From Eledone cirrhosa (Eukaryota), in the NCBI GenBank assembly GCA_964016885.1, contig OZ024744.1:93682001-93746000 (forward strand): a DNA stretch of 64,000 nt. Reading direction: 5' to 3'. A program made the position numbers and the translations under genes. Under the pieces are notes generated by a model. That model did not search any database. It was not told where the DNA came from and was given only the letters and a program-made list of their open reading frames with translations. Below are positions 25,921 to 39,221 of the stretch, one piece after another; positions within the stretch are counted from its first letter, which is position 1; the number at the start of each line of letters is the position of its first letter.

Positions 25921-26608
25921 ATTTGAATGTTTATAGTATATTTACTAATGGGCAAAACTTTCAGTATCTTAATAAATCTTAGACCTGGATTTGTGTTGTT
26001 TCCTTGAGCAAGACACTTTATTTCACAATGCTCCAGTTCACTCAGGCGCAGAAATGAGTTGTAACGTCACTAGTGCCAAGCTGTATCGGCCATTACCTTT
26101 CCCTTGGACAACATTGGTGGCATGGAAAGGGGAGACTAGTATGCATAGGTGACTGCTGGTCTTTCACAACAACCTTGTCTGGACTTGTACCTCAGAGGAG
26201 AACTTTCTAGTTGCAAATCCCATGAAGGGGGTTTTTACCCCCGTGCCTTACAGTAAAAACTTTCATATTTAATGTGATGCAGTTGTAGTGTAGTACTGTT
26301 TTATTATACTCTCTAAGAATAACTTGTTAATGTGGTTTCATGTGGTACAGGATGTTAATAGTTAATGTAACACAGTCATAGTACTGTTTTGTACTTTTCA
26401 ACAATGTCTTAATGTGGTTTCATGTGGTACAGTATGTTAACAGTTAATGTGATACAGTCATACTTCTGTTTTGTACATTTCAACAATGTCTTGTTAATGT
26501 GGTTTCATTTAAAATAAAATAAAATGTTTATTTGTTGGTTTTCTTTTTTGGTTTTTTGGTTTTTTTACTGATTTCATTATTTTTTTGTTGTTTTTATTTT
26601 ATTTCCAG

Positions 26609-26674
26609 ATTGTTTTGTACCTGATCGTATCAATTACATGTGGTGGACTTGATTGGCCATGTACCAGGAATTAA
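26609..26674 (+). CDS. VAMP7: VAMP7 coding exon 8 (TM end, stop)
   Basis: IVLYLIVSITCGGLDWPCTRN* matches the VAMP7 CGGxxWPxC tail; spliced CDS totals 660 nt = 219 aa + stop. Confidence 0.96.
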   Translation: MVLYLIVSITCGGLDWPCTRN

Positions 26675-26894
26675 TTACAGAACATAAAAGTGAAAAAACA
26701 AATGACCATTTACAGCCTGTTGTAGTATTTCTGGAAGACATACACAAATAGCCATAGATTTACCCTATGGATGTTTCTAAATAAGAATACAAGTGTTTCA
26801 TACTCTACTTTTTTCTTTCTATCTCTCTAATTTCATTTAATTTCTACATGAGAATATATATATTTTTGAATCTTTTTCACTAAATTTACTGCAA

Positions 26895-26907
26895 AATAAA
26901 GAATAAA
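26895..26907 (+). terminator. Candidate VAMP7 polyadenylation signals (tandem AATAAA)
   Basis: aataaagaataaa ~220 nt after the stop, followed by T/GT-rich sequence. Confidence 0.6.
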
Positions 26908-27571
26908 AATTTTCTTTAATGCATATTTTTTTATGTGTATGGTGTGTGTAATGGACAATTTTGTATTGTCGGCGTTGTCTATATCATCATCATCATCATC
27001 TATATCATCTATATCGGCATCATCATCATCATCATAAGACTCAGTAGCGGAAGACCAAGAAAATCATAGGCGGAGGTGGTGAGAGCTGACCTCGGATCGG
27101 TGAAGCTTACAGAGATGACGAAGGACTGTAACAAATGGAGAGATGCTGTGCTGAGTAGGACCTGTCCCATCTTTGCAAGCAGGGAAAAGCGGACGTATGA
27201 TGATGATCATCATCATCATCTTCATCATATATCATCATCACTGCCATTTAATGTTCTTTTTCCACATTTACATGGGTTAGATGGGTTGTCACATTATGAG
27301 ACTAGACTGGTCTGGTGACCACGTCTTACTCATATGGAACAAACCCATCTAACCCATGCTAATGTGGAAGATGGATGTTAATCGATGATGACACACACAC
27401 ACACACTTATATATATATAGCTCAAGGAAATGACAAAACGGAGATACAAAAAAATCTTATTAGTTTCACACTTTATATGGTAAAGGGGGGGGGGGGGAAG
27501 AAAGTTTGGTATGTCGGGCTTTGACCCTTCTTCAGTCGTACAAAAAATACTCAGAATCACAAGGGTTATAT

Positions 27572-27967
27572 ATCATCATCATCATCATTTCATTTTACAA
27601 CCGCTTTTCCTTGCTTGCAAGGGTGGGATTGGAACTGATTCTGGCTTGATTTCTACAGCTGGATGCCCTTCTAACACCAACCTCATTTACAGAGAGTGCT
27701 GGGTGCTTTTCTTTTTCCGTGGTGCCTAAACGTCCACTTTACAGTGAGTGCTGGGTGCTTTTTTTGCTGTGGCACCTCCACGACCACTTTGCAGTGGAAT
27801 GATATGGACCCCAGTCCCTATCATCTCATTTCTACAGCTGAGTAAACTGGAGCAATGTGAAATAAAGTTTCTTGCTCAAGGAACAACACATCAACCAGTC
27901 TGAGAATTGAACTCACAACCTTTCGATTGCAAGCCCAATGCTCTAACCACTAAGCCATGTGCCTCCA
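27572..27967 (-). mobile_element. tRNA/CORE-like SINE with RTE-derived tail
   Basis: Reverse-complement homolog of 56844-57172. Confidence 0.85.
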
Positions 27968-29125
27968 TATATATATATGAGACGATAGAGTGTCTTCTGT
28001 TAAAAAAATTTTCACAATGTCTGCTATGACATCTGTTGTCACCATAGAGGTGAAATGACTGAAAGGTCAAGTTTGTTTACTTTTGGAGTACATTGAACAA
28101 TTTATGCACACTTGATGATGAAATATAACCTTTTAGCATTAAACTGGCTGTATCTGGCCAGAAATCTCTCACTTCTTTCTATTCAAACCGGCTGTAACCG
28201 GACACTCATTCTGATGTTAAGGTATTGTTCTCAAAATAAATAATATCGAATCTATAAGATTTTGATATTATCTGAGGTAAAGCCTTTACCATGAAAATTT
28301 AATAGTAAATACAATAGTATATATAGAGTAATGTAAACACTAAAGGGTTGAGAATCAAGAAAGCCAGTGATGCTTTTGGACAGCTAAATGAATGAATGAA
28401 TGAATATACTCCCTGAGTCTCAAATAATCTCCCCCACCCCTTATTAAATTTTGCTAATCTATCTCCAGCAAAATTTCATTTTAACTGGTAACATTCCCAT
28501 GTCAATTAATTTTCTTTATACATTAAAAAACATTATACATGACAAAAAAATACATTACTAGAAATCCTGTGTTATAAAATATATAGTATAGGTTGGGGTC
28601 TCAATATGTAAACTAAACGACTAATTTGGGTTTTAAAAAAAAAATCAAAGACAATCTAGAAAAATTACCAATTTTCCAACCATCCTGCTTATTCCAATTC
28701 CTCCACTTAGTCCACCCCTACCCCCATATTATTTGACCCGAGAGAAGGCAATTTAAGGATTAAAGAAGCCATTTTCATCAGCCAAATAAAAATCAAAGAT
28801 AAATAATAGGCCAGAAATGCACGAGGCAGAATGGTTACTGTAGCAACCCCCACACATGTGTTTTGCAAACACATATAGATTAGTTGGGGAAGAAAACTGT
28901 TTCAGCTTCACATCTGAAAAGAGGGGAAATAGCCCTGAAATATGTTAAAATACACTGGGTAAAACATTAGTTTTGTTTTATTTGTCACCATTTGCCCTTC
29001 ATATTTTTCTACTGCATTGTATTGGTTTTCAAAAAACATTATCAATCTTTTACTATATATATTTATATATATATAGTAGTGAAGAATAACATGGTCAGCT
29101 ATACAAAAGGGGGTTTTATTTACAG

Positions 29126-29233
29126 TATTAACAATTGTTTCATTGATCAGGTGAGTCTAAAGGCCGCTAATCACTCAAATTGCATCACTCGAACTTAAAT
29201 ACAGTGTGTGTCTCTGATCAAATCATCGGAATA
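29126..29233 (-). ncRNA. Hammerhead ribozyme variant (CCGATGA core, ~80-nt stem II)
   Basis: Minus strand: tatt-CCGATGA-t-ttgatcag...ctgatcaa-t-GAAAA-caattg-TT-aata; register ambiguous because of an extra A. Confidence 0.6.
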
Positions 29234-29584
29234 GTGGAGGGTGTAACACATGGCATTGGTATTTATAGATTCATCGGAGAATCAAGTGAATGAAAACAAT
29301 AACATCAATAATTGTTTCTACTTTTGGCACAAGGCCAGCAATTACCCAGTGCATTACTGGTACTTTATTTTATCGACCCCGTAAGGATGAAAGGCAAAGT
29401 TAACCTCGGCGGGATTTGAACTCAGAATGGCAAGGACCGTAACTCTATGCGTCAAAGCATGGCGTCCGACCCTCTACCGATACTGCCAATCCACCGCCCT
29501 TTCAATAATAATAGATAATAATAAAGAAGTGAAAATGATAAAGATGTAAACAAAAAAAAAATAAGTACAGAATACGGTTGCTGA

Positions 29585-30196
29585 TAATAGTGGTGGTGGT
29601 GGTGGGCAAGATTGGTCGAGTGACCGTGTCTTGCTTGTATAGGAATATCTGGCAGGTTTTTTACAGCTGGATGCCTTTCCTAACACCAACCACATTTACA
29701 GTGTGGACTGGGAGCCCTTTTACTGTGTTACCTATACGACCACGTTACAGAATGGACTGTGTGGGGTTTTTGGGGGTTTTTTTGTGACACCTACCCGACC
29801 TCATTAGTTTGGACTGGATGTTGTGGTACCAACATAATTTTATAGAGAAAGGGTGGTGTTGGTGGGAGTGGGGTAGTGGGTTGGGCTGTATGTTTGGTTT
29901 GGAGGGGCCTATTGACCGTAGGTTAACTATGCACATAGGGAAGGCGGGTCTTCTGTAATACTGCATGGCACCAAAGATCTCAATCCAGTGACAATGTCTT
30001 AGAGAGGTGCAAGGTTGGAGGAATTTATCATGTTGTACCAGGTTTTTCTGGGTCTACCTACTCTGTAATTTCCATCAGTTTTGATCGCCCTACACTTTTT
30101 TATACAGCCGTCGTCTTTCATGCGCATCACATGACCATACAATGTAATCTTCTCTCAAGTAAACGGCATCTGATCCCTCTTATTCCTACTTTCTCG
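29585..30196 (-). mobile_element. Truncated RTE LINE 3' end (third family; also 39622-40300 +)
   Basis: Minus strand encodes an RLHCMVM*CA-like decayed C-terminus; UTR shared with 39920-40300. Confidence 0.75.
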
Positions 30197-30205
30197 TATA
30201 TATGT

Positions 30206-31060
30206 TTTAAGTGGTTGGCATTAGGAAGGGCATCCAGTCCAAAACACCCAGCCCACACTGTAAAGTGGACATGTAAAAGTCATGGCAAAAAGCACCCTGC
30301 ATACACTGTCCATGTGGTTGGTGTTAGGAAGGCCATCCAGCCATAGAAAACCAGTCCAAAACACCCAGCCCACACTGTAAAGTGGACATGTAAAAGTCAT
30401 GGCAAAAAGCACCCAGCATACACCGTCCATGTGGTTGGTGTTAGGAAGGCCATCCAGCCGTAGAAAACCAGTCCAAAACACCCAGCCCACACTGTAAAGT
30501 GGACATGTAAAAGTCATGGCAAAAAGCACCCTGCATACACTGTCCATGTGGTTGGTGTTAGGAAGGCCATCCAGCCGTAGAAAACCAGTCCAAAACACCC
30601 AGCCCACACTGTAAAGTGGACATGTAAAAGTCATGGCAAAAAGCACCCTGCATACACTGTCCATGTGGTTGGTGTTAGGAAGGCCATCCAGCCGTAGAAA
30701 ACCAGTCCAAAACACCCAGCCCACACTGTAAAGTGGACATGTAAAAGTCATGGCAAAAAGCACCCTGCATACACTGTCCATGTGGTTGGTGTTAGGAAGG
30801 CCATCCAGCCGTAGAAAACCAGTCCAAAACACCCAGCCCACACTGTAAAGTGGACATGTAAAAGTCATGGCAAAAAGCACCCAGCATACACTGTCCATGT
30901 GGTTGGTGTTAGGAAGGCCATCCAGCCGTAGAAAACCAGTCCAAAACACCCAGCCCACACTGTAAAGTGGACATGTAAAAGTCATGGCAAAAAGCACCCA
31001 GCATACACTGTCCATGTGGTTGGTGTTAGGAAGGCCATCCAGCCGTAGAAAACCAGCCAA
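30206..31060. repeat. 117-bp tandem repeat (7 units) amplified from RTE UTR sequence
   Basis: ccagtccaaaacacccagcc at 30234, 30351, 30468...; each unit carries gtggttggtgttaggaaggccatccagccgtagaaaa. Confidence 0.93.
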
Positions 31061-31261
31061 TAATATTCCTATATGAGCGAGACATGGTCACCCAACCCAA
31101 CTTGCCTCTAAATCGGACAAATCTGTCTAACCCATGCTAGCATGAAAGATAGACGTTAATCAACTATGATGATGATAATAATTTTAAGTATTTCCGTAGA
31201 AAAGGTAAAGGAAAGAAGAGTGCTCTATGTATGTGTAAATAAAAAAGATATATATATATTA

Positions 31262-32311
31262 TATCATCATCATCATCATCACCGTTTTACGTCCGTTCTT
31301 CCACGCTAGCATGGGTTAGACGGGTTGTCCTGTTGTGGGCAGTGTCTGGTCGGCTGACCATACCTTGCTCATACAGGAACTGATATGGCTTGATTTCTAC
31401 AGCTGGATGCCCTTCCTAACACCAACCTCAATTACAGTGAGTGCTGGGTGCTTTTTCGTGGCGCCTACACGTCCACTTTACAGTGTGGGCTGGGTGCTTT
31501 TTTGCCGTGGCACCTCCACGACCTTGCGGTGGGGGGTGTGGGGGGCATATTGTCTATATGCTTCAGCTTGTACCCATGGGAGGTCGGGTACTCTGTATTA
31601 CTGCGTGACGCCAGAAGTCATGGTCATGTGTCATTGCCTTTGGGAGGTGTAATTGGGTAAGGTCGGCTTTTATCACCTCATCCCAGGTCATCTTGGGTCT
31701 CCCCACTCCGCGGTTTCCATCAACTTCTAGTGCTCTGCACCTTTTTATGCAGCTGTCATCCTTCATACGCATCACATGTCCATACCAGCGCAACCGCCTC
31801 TCCTGCACACATCATTTGATTCCTCTTATGCTCAGTCTCTCTCTCAATTCATTTATGCTTTGTCGTTCACATATATTACTGTTATACATCCATCGGAGCA
31901 TGCGGGCTTCGTTTCTCTCTAATCTACGTAAGTCTTCCACCTTCAGTGCCCAGGTCTCACTACCATGCAACATTACTGTTCGGATACACGCATCATACAG
32001 TCTGCCTTTCATTCTGAGGGAGAAGCCTTTTGCAGCTAGCAGTGGTAGTAGTTCCCTAAACTTCTTCCATCCCGTTCTTACCCTAGTTATTGTACTTTCT
32101 GAACGCCCACCTCCGATGCTAATTCGGTCACCTAGGTAGCAGAAGCTGTCTACTGTTTCTACAGAGCCCTCCCAGAGATTGGTGGTACTTGTTTCCTGTG
32201 GCTGTTTGCTGCTTGCTGTCTCAGCACAGTTGCTGCATGTGAAGCCTACATTCTTAATTAAGCTTCCTGAGATCCCGCTACATCTCTTGTGTACCCATTG
32301 TTTGCATTTGC
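31262..32311 (-). mobile_element. 5'-truncated RTE copy (35872 family)
   Basis: ORFs 31563-31808 and 31812-32012 nearly identical to the C-terminus of 37274-38899; (TA)n on both sides. Confidence 0.93.
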
Positions 32312-32342
32312 GGCATATATTATATATATTATATATATATAT

Positions 32343-32374
<32 letters not shown>

Positions 32375-32607
32375 ATTATATATATATATATATATATTAT
32401 ATAGTATTAAGTATACTATTTATGGTTATGCAAATACAAAAACCTTTTGTAGTTATATATATTTTTATAAACCCTAAATAATGGTAGGCAGTAATATATT
32501 ACTACCTTATTACCAGTAAGTTAAATAGCTCAATGTAATAACATCAGATGATTTACAGAGCAGTTATATGAATTACAAGAATCAAAAAACTGTTCAAAAC
32601 ATTTCTA

Positions 32608-32654
32608 TGCTTACAACTGTTTCCTCCAAACTGAGGCTTGAGCTCTTCAGAGCA
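32608..32654 (-). ncRNA. Hammerhead ribozyme (diverged) in non-coding element ~32401-32885
   Basis: Minus strand: tgct-CTGAAGA-gctcaagcctcagtttggag-GAAA-cagttg-TA-agca; paralog of 33510-33558. Confidence 0.65.
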
Positions 32655-32930
32655 ATTCATTATTGAATGAACACTTATACGACCTCCCCCTCACCCAAGA
32701 GACACACAGATACATATGCAAATATTGTGGGTTAACATAATATAACACTAATCGGGACATCCCTCTAGAACCCTTCACAGTATGAATACCCCTTTGTACT
32801 TCTACTTTAGGTATGACTACACCCAGTTGCTTGAACTGCACTACACCACTTTATAGTTAATGTAAAATTTAAGCATTGAATTGATTGTATATATATAATA
32901 TATATTTATATATATAATATATATATATTT

Positions 32931-32983
<53 letters not shown>

Positions 32984-33170
32984 AATTTATATATATGATA
33001 AATATATATATATATTTATATATATATAATATATTTATATATTTATATATTTATATATTTATATATATTTATATATATATTTATATATATATATTTATAT
33101 ATAAATGTGGAAAGTAAGAAATACTGTATATATATATTTATATATATATATATTTATAAATATATATATT

Positions 33171-33250
<80 letters not shown>

Positions 33251-33509
33251 TATATATATATTTATAATATATATATATACATTTATATATATATATATTT
33301 ATATATAATATTAAGGATACTATTTATGGTTATGTATATAATAAAACCTTATATAGTTATATATATTTTAAACCCTAAATAGTGAAAGATAGTCATTAAT
33401 TACTATCTTATTACCAGTAAGATAAATAGCTCAATGTAATAACATCGGTTGTTTTACAGAGCAGTTATATAGAAATTACATGAATCAAAGTTCAGTTTAA
33501 ATCATTTAT

Positions 33510-33558
33510 TTGCTTACAATTGTTTCCTCCAAACCGAGGTTTGGATTCTTCGGAGCAA
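33510..33558 (-). ncRNA. Hammerhead ribozyme variant (CCGAAGA core)
   Basis: Reverse complement of 33952-34000. Confidence 0.7.
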
Positions 33559-33951
33559 CTATTTAGTGATTTTTACATACTTGACCTCCTTTTCAACACA
33601 AGAGACATATAAAAACATATGTATATATTGACCCACAGTGGGTTGACATCCATCATAATAATATAATATGGCAATTTACATACATTCATATTAAAGCACA
33701 AAATTAAAGTTCAAATTAAAATTAAAATAAAATAAAAATAAAAATAAAACATTGGCAGTTTATGAAGATAAAGCAAGAGGAAAGTTTAGAGTAGTCAGTG
33801 TACGAAACAGTCTCACGTGTAGCATGCACGCGTGTCTTATTTATACAGTATTATAGTGCGGCAGATTGATACTGTGGGTCAATATATACATATGTTTTTA
33901 TATGTCTCTTGTGTTGAAAAGGAGGTCAAGTATGTAAAAATCACTAAATAG

Positions 33952-34000
33952 TTGCTCCGAAGAATCCAAACCTCGGTTTGGAGGAAACAATTGTAAGCAA
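33952..34000 (+). ncRNA. Hammerhead ribozyme variant (CCGAAGA core)
   Basis: ttgct-CCGAAGA-a-tccaaac(ctcg)gtttgga-g-GAAA-caattg-TA-agcaa, overlapping AATAAA; A.G mismatch at the base of stem II. Confidence 0.7.
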
Positions 34001-34087
34001 ATAAATGATTTAAACTGAACTTTGATTCATGTAATTTCTATATATTTATATATATATATATATTATATTATATATATATATATATAT

Positions 34088-34152
<65 letters not shown>

Positions 34153-34252
34153 ATATATATATATATTATATATATATATATATTATATATATATTATATA
34201 TATATTATATATATATTATATTATATATATATATAATATATATATATATAAT

Positions 34253-34284
<32 letters not shown>

Positions 34285-34354
34285 ATATATATATATATAA
34301 TATATATATATATATAATATATATATATATATATAATATATATATATATAATAT

Positions 34355-35744
34355 ACTAGCATTAAAGCCTGGCGTTGCTCGGGGTCATTAAGTTACCAAA
34401 GTTAGGTTGCACCACCCATTTTATGGCAGCACTTTTTTGTCTGCCAGGCACTGGGTGAATGTATTGCAGACCTGGAAGCATGAGCTGCGCCAACAGTGAC
34501 AATTGTAGTTTTGCCTATGGATATTATCTCTGTGCAAAAAAGTGTTGAAATTTATTGTTTCACAGTACTTGCGCAACACGCGAGTAGACGATGCCAGCCG
34601 AACAACAGAGCTGCGATGGAGTTGTTCTGCATGGTTGTCTGTGTGTTTTCTAAATTTAAGACAGTAGGGAGGGTTGTGATATGAGGGAGAGTTAGCTGTT
34701 GTTTCTAGCAGGTTTAGTGACCTCATAGAGGATATGTGTTTTCTAAATTTAAGACAGTAGGGAGTGGTGTGATATGAGGGAGAGTTAGCTGCTGTTTCTA
34801 GCAGGTTTAGTGACCTCATAGAAGATATGTTTTCTAAATTTAAGACAGTAGAGAGGGGTGTGATATGGGGGAGAGTTAGCTGCTGTTTCTAGCAGGTTTA
34901 GTGACCTCATAGAGGATATGTTTTCTAAATTTAAGACAGTAGGGAGGGGTGTGATATGAGGGAGAGTTAGCTGCTGTTTCTAGCAGGTTTAGTGACCTCA
35001 TAGAAGATATGTTTTCTAAATTTAAGACAGTAGGGAGGGGTATGATATGGGGGAGAGTTAGCTGCTGTTTCTAGCAGGTTTAGTAACCTCATAGAGGATG
35101 TGTTTTCTAAATTTAAGACAGTAGGGAGTGGTGTGATATGAGGGAGAGTTAGCTGCTGTTTCTAGCAGGTTTAGTAACCTCATAGAGGATATGTGTTTTC
35201 TAAATTTAAGACAGTAGGGAGTGGTGTGATATGAGGGAGAGTTAGCTGCTGTTTCTAGCAGGTTTAGTGACCTCATAGAGGATATTATTGTTTATCATCT
35301 ATATATATAAAACTGACTGCACGCGTGACGAAATTTACAGATACATATATTTTAAATAAACTTATATAATTTTTGCTTTTTTTTACGAAATATTTGCTTG
35401 TTTTACGTAGTCTTTAAATAGACTTGTTTTCAAGTAAAAATTATTGTGTTAATGTCATTTTAAACGCTGAGAAAGCCAGCGTAATTTTTTTAATTTTTGC
35501 ACGCAGACGCTCAATGTAAACAGAACAAAGGGAAATAACTGATCACTTACGCTCAAAAATCTATACATTATATTCGATTTCGTCACATAGGGTGGGTCAA
35601 TTTGAAATATTTTTTTTCCGATGTCTTCGCTAGGGCTCAATGTACAAGTATAGCAATTTCGGTGCAATTCCGTGAGAGATTCTAAGAGGAGATGTGTGCC
35701 AAAAATCGATAGACAGACAGACAACCACAGTTTTATATATATAG
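34355..35744 (-). mobile_element. Non-autonomous Helitron-like element carrying a 91-93-bp tandem array (34643-35283, 7 units)
   Basis: Minus strand starts TCTATATATATAAAACTG-(gtct)n and ends with hairpin cccgagcaacgccaggc then CTAG. Confidence 0.7.
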
Positions 35745-35871
35745 ATATATATATAATATATATATATATAATATATATATAATATATATATATAATATAT
35801 ATATATATAATATATATATAATATATAAAATATATATATATATATATAATATATATATATATAATATATTA

Positions 35872-38800
35872 TATTATCAATGTAGGCTCAATGAAAGGAA
35901 GAGCAGGAGAAATCGTAGAAATGCTAGAGCGAAAGGAAGTTGATGTATGCTGTGTGCAAGAGACTAGATGGAGAGGAGGGTCTGCTAGAGTCCTTGTAGG
36001 AAAAAGCCAGTGCTACAAATTTTTCTGGGTGGGAAATGACGATGGGATGGGTGGTGTAGGTATACTATTAGCTGACAAGTGGGTAGATAAAGTAATCTCA
36101 GTGTACAGGGTAAATGCAAGAATCATTAAACTCAGACTAGTCCTGAATAAGATAATTACCACAATAATATCACCTTACGCACCCCAATCGGGGCTGCCAG
36201 ACGAACTTAAGGATAGGTTTTACGAGTCCCTAATACACACTACTGCTCTAACAGACGACAAGGACTTCCTAATCATTGCAGGAGATTTTAACGGACACGT
36301 AGGTAAACACTGCGACGGCTTCAATAGAGTACATGGAGGCCATGGAGTTGGCACAAGGAATGAGGAAGGATTCAGACTTCTAGAATTCTGCGACGCCAAT
36401 GACATGTCGATATGTAACACAAACTTTAAAAAACCCGACAACCACCTGATCACCTATAGATCAGGGGAGCACTCTAGTCAGTTAGATTTTATCCTCATCA
36501 GAGGACGTGACAGATGGACGGTCGTAAACACAAAAGCCTTCCCTAGTGAGGAATGTACATCCCAACATAGCTTAGTTGTCAGCGACCTCACGGTCAGAAC
36601 TAGACGAACCCGGAAACAGAGGCCAACCTGGAGAAGAAAGATCTGGAAGCTGAAAGTCCCCTCAACCAGTAACAGATTTAAAGATATTTTACTCAACGCC
36701 TACGACAGTAAAGAAGAACAGATAGAGACATTTAACGTAGAAGAGAACTGGGAGTTCCTAAAAAATAACTTACTAGAGGCGACGGATGAGGTTTGTGGCT
36801 GGAGTAAGACCTCAAGCAGGAGGAGAGTGACTTGGTAGTGGAACAATAAGGTAGATGAAGCAGTCAAGGCCAAGAGACAGGCATGGAAAGAATGGAAGAA
36901 CGGGGGGAGCAGGGTACATTACATAGAGACCAAGAGGGAAGCTAGGCGACAAGTATACTTAGCTAGGAGGGAAGCAGAGGATAGAAAATTCAAGCATGTT
37001 TTACAACGTGAGGACCAGAAACAGGAGGTATTCAAGATTGCGAGGCAGTGTGTCAGAGATAGTTGTGATGTCATTGGAGAGAAGTGTATCCGGAATGATA
37101 AAGGTGAGCTTGCCCTCACAAGTGCTGAGAAGAAAGATGCATGGAAGAGTCATTATGATAGATTACTAAATGAGGAGAATGCATGGGAAGAAGAGACCCT
37201 ACCCCACGTAGACCCTATAGAGGGACCAGCAGTACAAGTCAGCGGCAGCGTAGTAAGTAAGGCAATCAGAGATATGAAGATAGGGAAGGCAACCGGTCCA
37301 TCGGGTATAGCTGCCGAGATGCTGAAGGCATCTGGGTCTGTAGGTCACACTATAACCACACGTATCGTTAACCAGGTAATACTAGAAGGGGCCATACCAA
37401 AAGATTGGTGCAGTAGCATCATTGTCAACTGCTACAAAGGTAAAGGCGATGCACTAGATAGAGGAAACTATAGAGGTATAAAGTTGATGGACCAGGTCAT
37501 GAAAGTAACAGAAAGAGTTATAGCACAGCTGATTAGGGACCGGGTGAATATAGACGAGATGCAATTTGGGTTTGTACCAGGGAAAGGCACCACTGATGCC
37601 CTCTTCCTTGTGAGGCAATTACAGGAAAAGTACCTAGCTAAAAGTAAGCCACTCTACTTGGCATTTGTCGACCTTGAGAAAGCCTTTGACAGAGTTCCAC
37701 GTGCAGTAATCTGGTGGGCTCTTAGAAAACTAGGAGTAGATGAATGGCTTGTGAAAGCGGTACAAGCCATGTATAGGGGAGCAGTCAGCAAAGTTAGGAT
37801 TAGCAATGAGTATAGCGAGGAATTTAGCGTACAGGTTGGGGTCCACCAGGGCTCTGTTCTTAGCCCTCTCCTGTTCATCATAGTCCTGCAGGCAATAACG
37901 GAGGAGTTTAAGACCGGATGCCCATGGGAACTCCTGTATACTGATGACCTCGCACTCATAGCTGAATCTATGGTAGAACTAGAGAATAAATTCCAAACCT
38001 GGAAGCAGGGACTAGAGAGAAAGGGCCTCAAAGTCAACATGACAAAGACTAAGGTCCTTGTAAGTAGACGAGAAAACAGAACCCAGATCCCCTCAGGGAA
38101 ATGGCCTTGCTCAGTATGTAGGAAAGGTGTAGGTAGGAACTCCATTCTCTGCCCCAAATGCAAACAATGGGTACACAAGAGATGTAGCGGGATCTCAGGA
38201 AGCTTAATTAAGAATGTAGGATTCACATGCAGCAGCTGTGCTGAAACAGCAAGCAAACAGCCACAGGAAACAAGTACCACCAATCTCTGGGAGGGCCCTG
38301 TAGAAACAGTAGACAGCTTCTGCTACCTAGGTGACCGAATTAGCAACGGAGGTGGGTGCTCAGAAAGTACAATAACTAGGGTAAGAACGGGATGGAAGAA
38401 GTTTAGGGAACTACTACCACTGCTAGCTGCAAAAGGCTTCTCCCTCAGAATGAAAGGCAGACTGTATGATGCGTGTATCCGAACAGCGATGTTGCATGGT
38501 AGTGAGACCTGGGCGCTGAAGGTGGAAGACTTACGTAGATTAGAGAGAAACGAAGCCTGCATGCTCCGATGGATGTGTAACAGTAATATACGTGAACGAG
38601 AAAGCATAAAGGAATTGAGAGAGAGACTGAGCATAAGAGGAATCAAATGCTGCGTGCAGGAGAGGCGGTTACGCTGGTATGGACATGTGATGCGTATGAA
38701 GGATGACAGCTACATAAAAAGGTGCAGAGCACTAGAAGTTGATGGAAACCGCGGAGTGGGGAGACCCAAGATGACTTGGGATGAGGTGATAAAAGCCGAC

Positions 38801-39203
38801 CTTACCCAATTACACCTCTCAAAGTCAATGACACACGACCGTGACCTCGGGCGTCACGCAGTAATACAGGGTACCCGACCTCCCATGGGTACATGCTGAA
38901 GCATATAAACAATATGCCCCCCCCCCCACCGCAAGGTGGTCGTGGAGGTGCCACGGCAAAAAAGCACCCAGCCCACACTGTAAAGTGGACGTGTAGGCGC
39001 CACGAAAAAGCACCCAGCACTCACTGTAAATGAGGTTGGTGTTAGGAAGGGCATCCAGCTGTAGAAATCAAGCCAGATCAGTTCCTGTATGAGCAAGGCA
39101 TGGCCAGCCGACCAGACACTGCCCACAACAGGACAACCCGTCTAACCCATGCTAGCGTGGAAGAACGGACGTAAAACGGTGATGATGATGATGATGATGA
39201 TGA
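35872..39203 (+). mobile_element. Near-full-length RTE-clade LINE (APE endonuclease + RT + PHD-like finger), inactivated
   Basis: CVQETRW, GDFNGHVG, QLDFIL (APE); FVDLEKAFD, GVHQGSVLSP, YTDD (RT); ORFs 35891-36838 and 37274-38899 share one frame broken by a single TAG; (GAT)n tail. Confidence 0.96.
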
Positions 39204-39221
39204 TAATATATATATATATAT

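Larger units (their letters stand above)
33308..34040 (-). mobile_element. Non-coding Penelope-like (pLTR) element with 170-bp inverted repeats, each arm holding a hammerhead
   Basis: 33470-33639 is the reverse complement of 33871-34040; flanked by (TA)n. Confidence 0.75.

Noticed and set aside
27508-27540. Minus-strand CTGAAGA-agggtcaaagccc-GACA
   Set aside because: GAAA is mutated and the 3' strand of stem I is missing; counted only as a decayed remnant
28910-28946. Hammerhead-like ctgaaaa-gagggg...ccct-gaaa
   Set aside because: Core G8 is lost and there is no proper stem III or cleavage site; at most a relic
30221-31060. 279-aa repeat protein
   Set aside because: Product of a 117-bp (39-codon) array of RTE UTR sequence; no sign of a real gene
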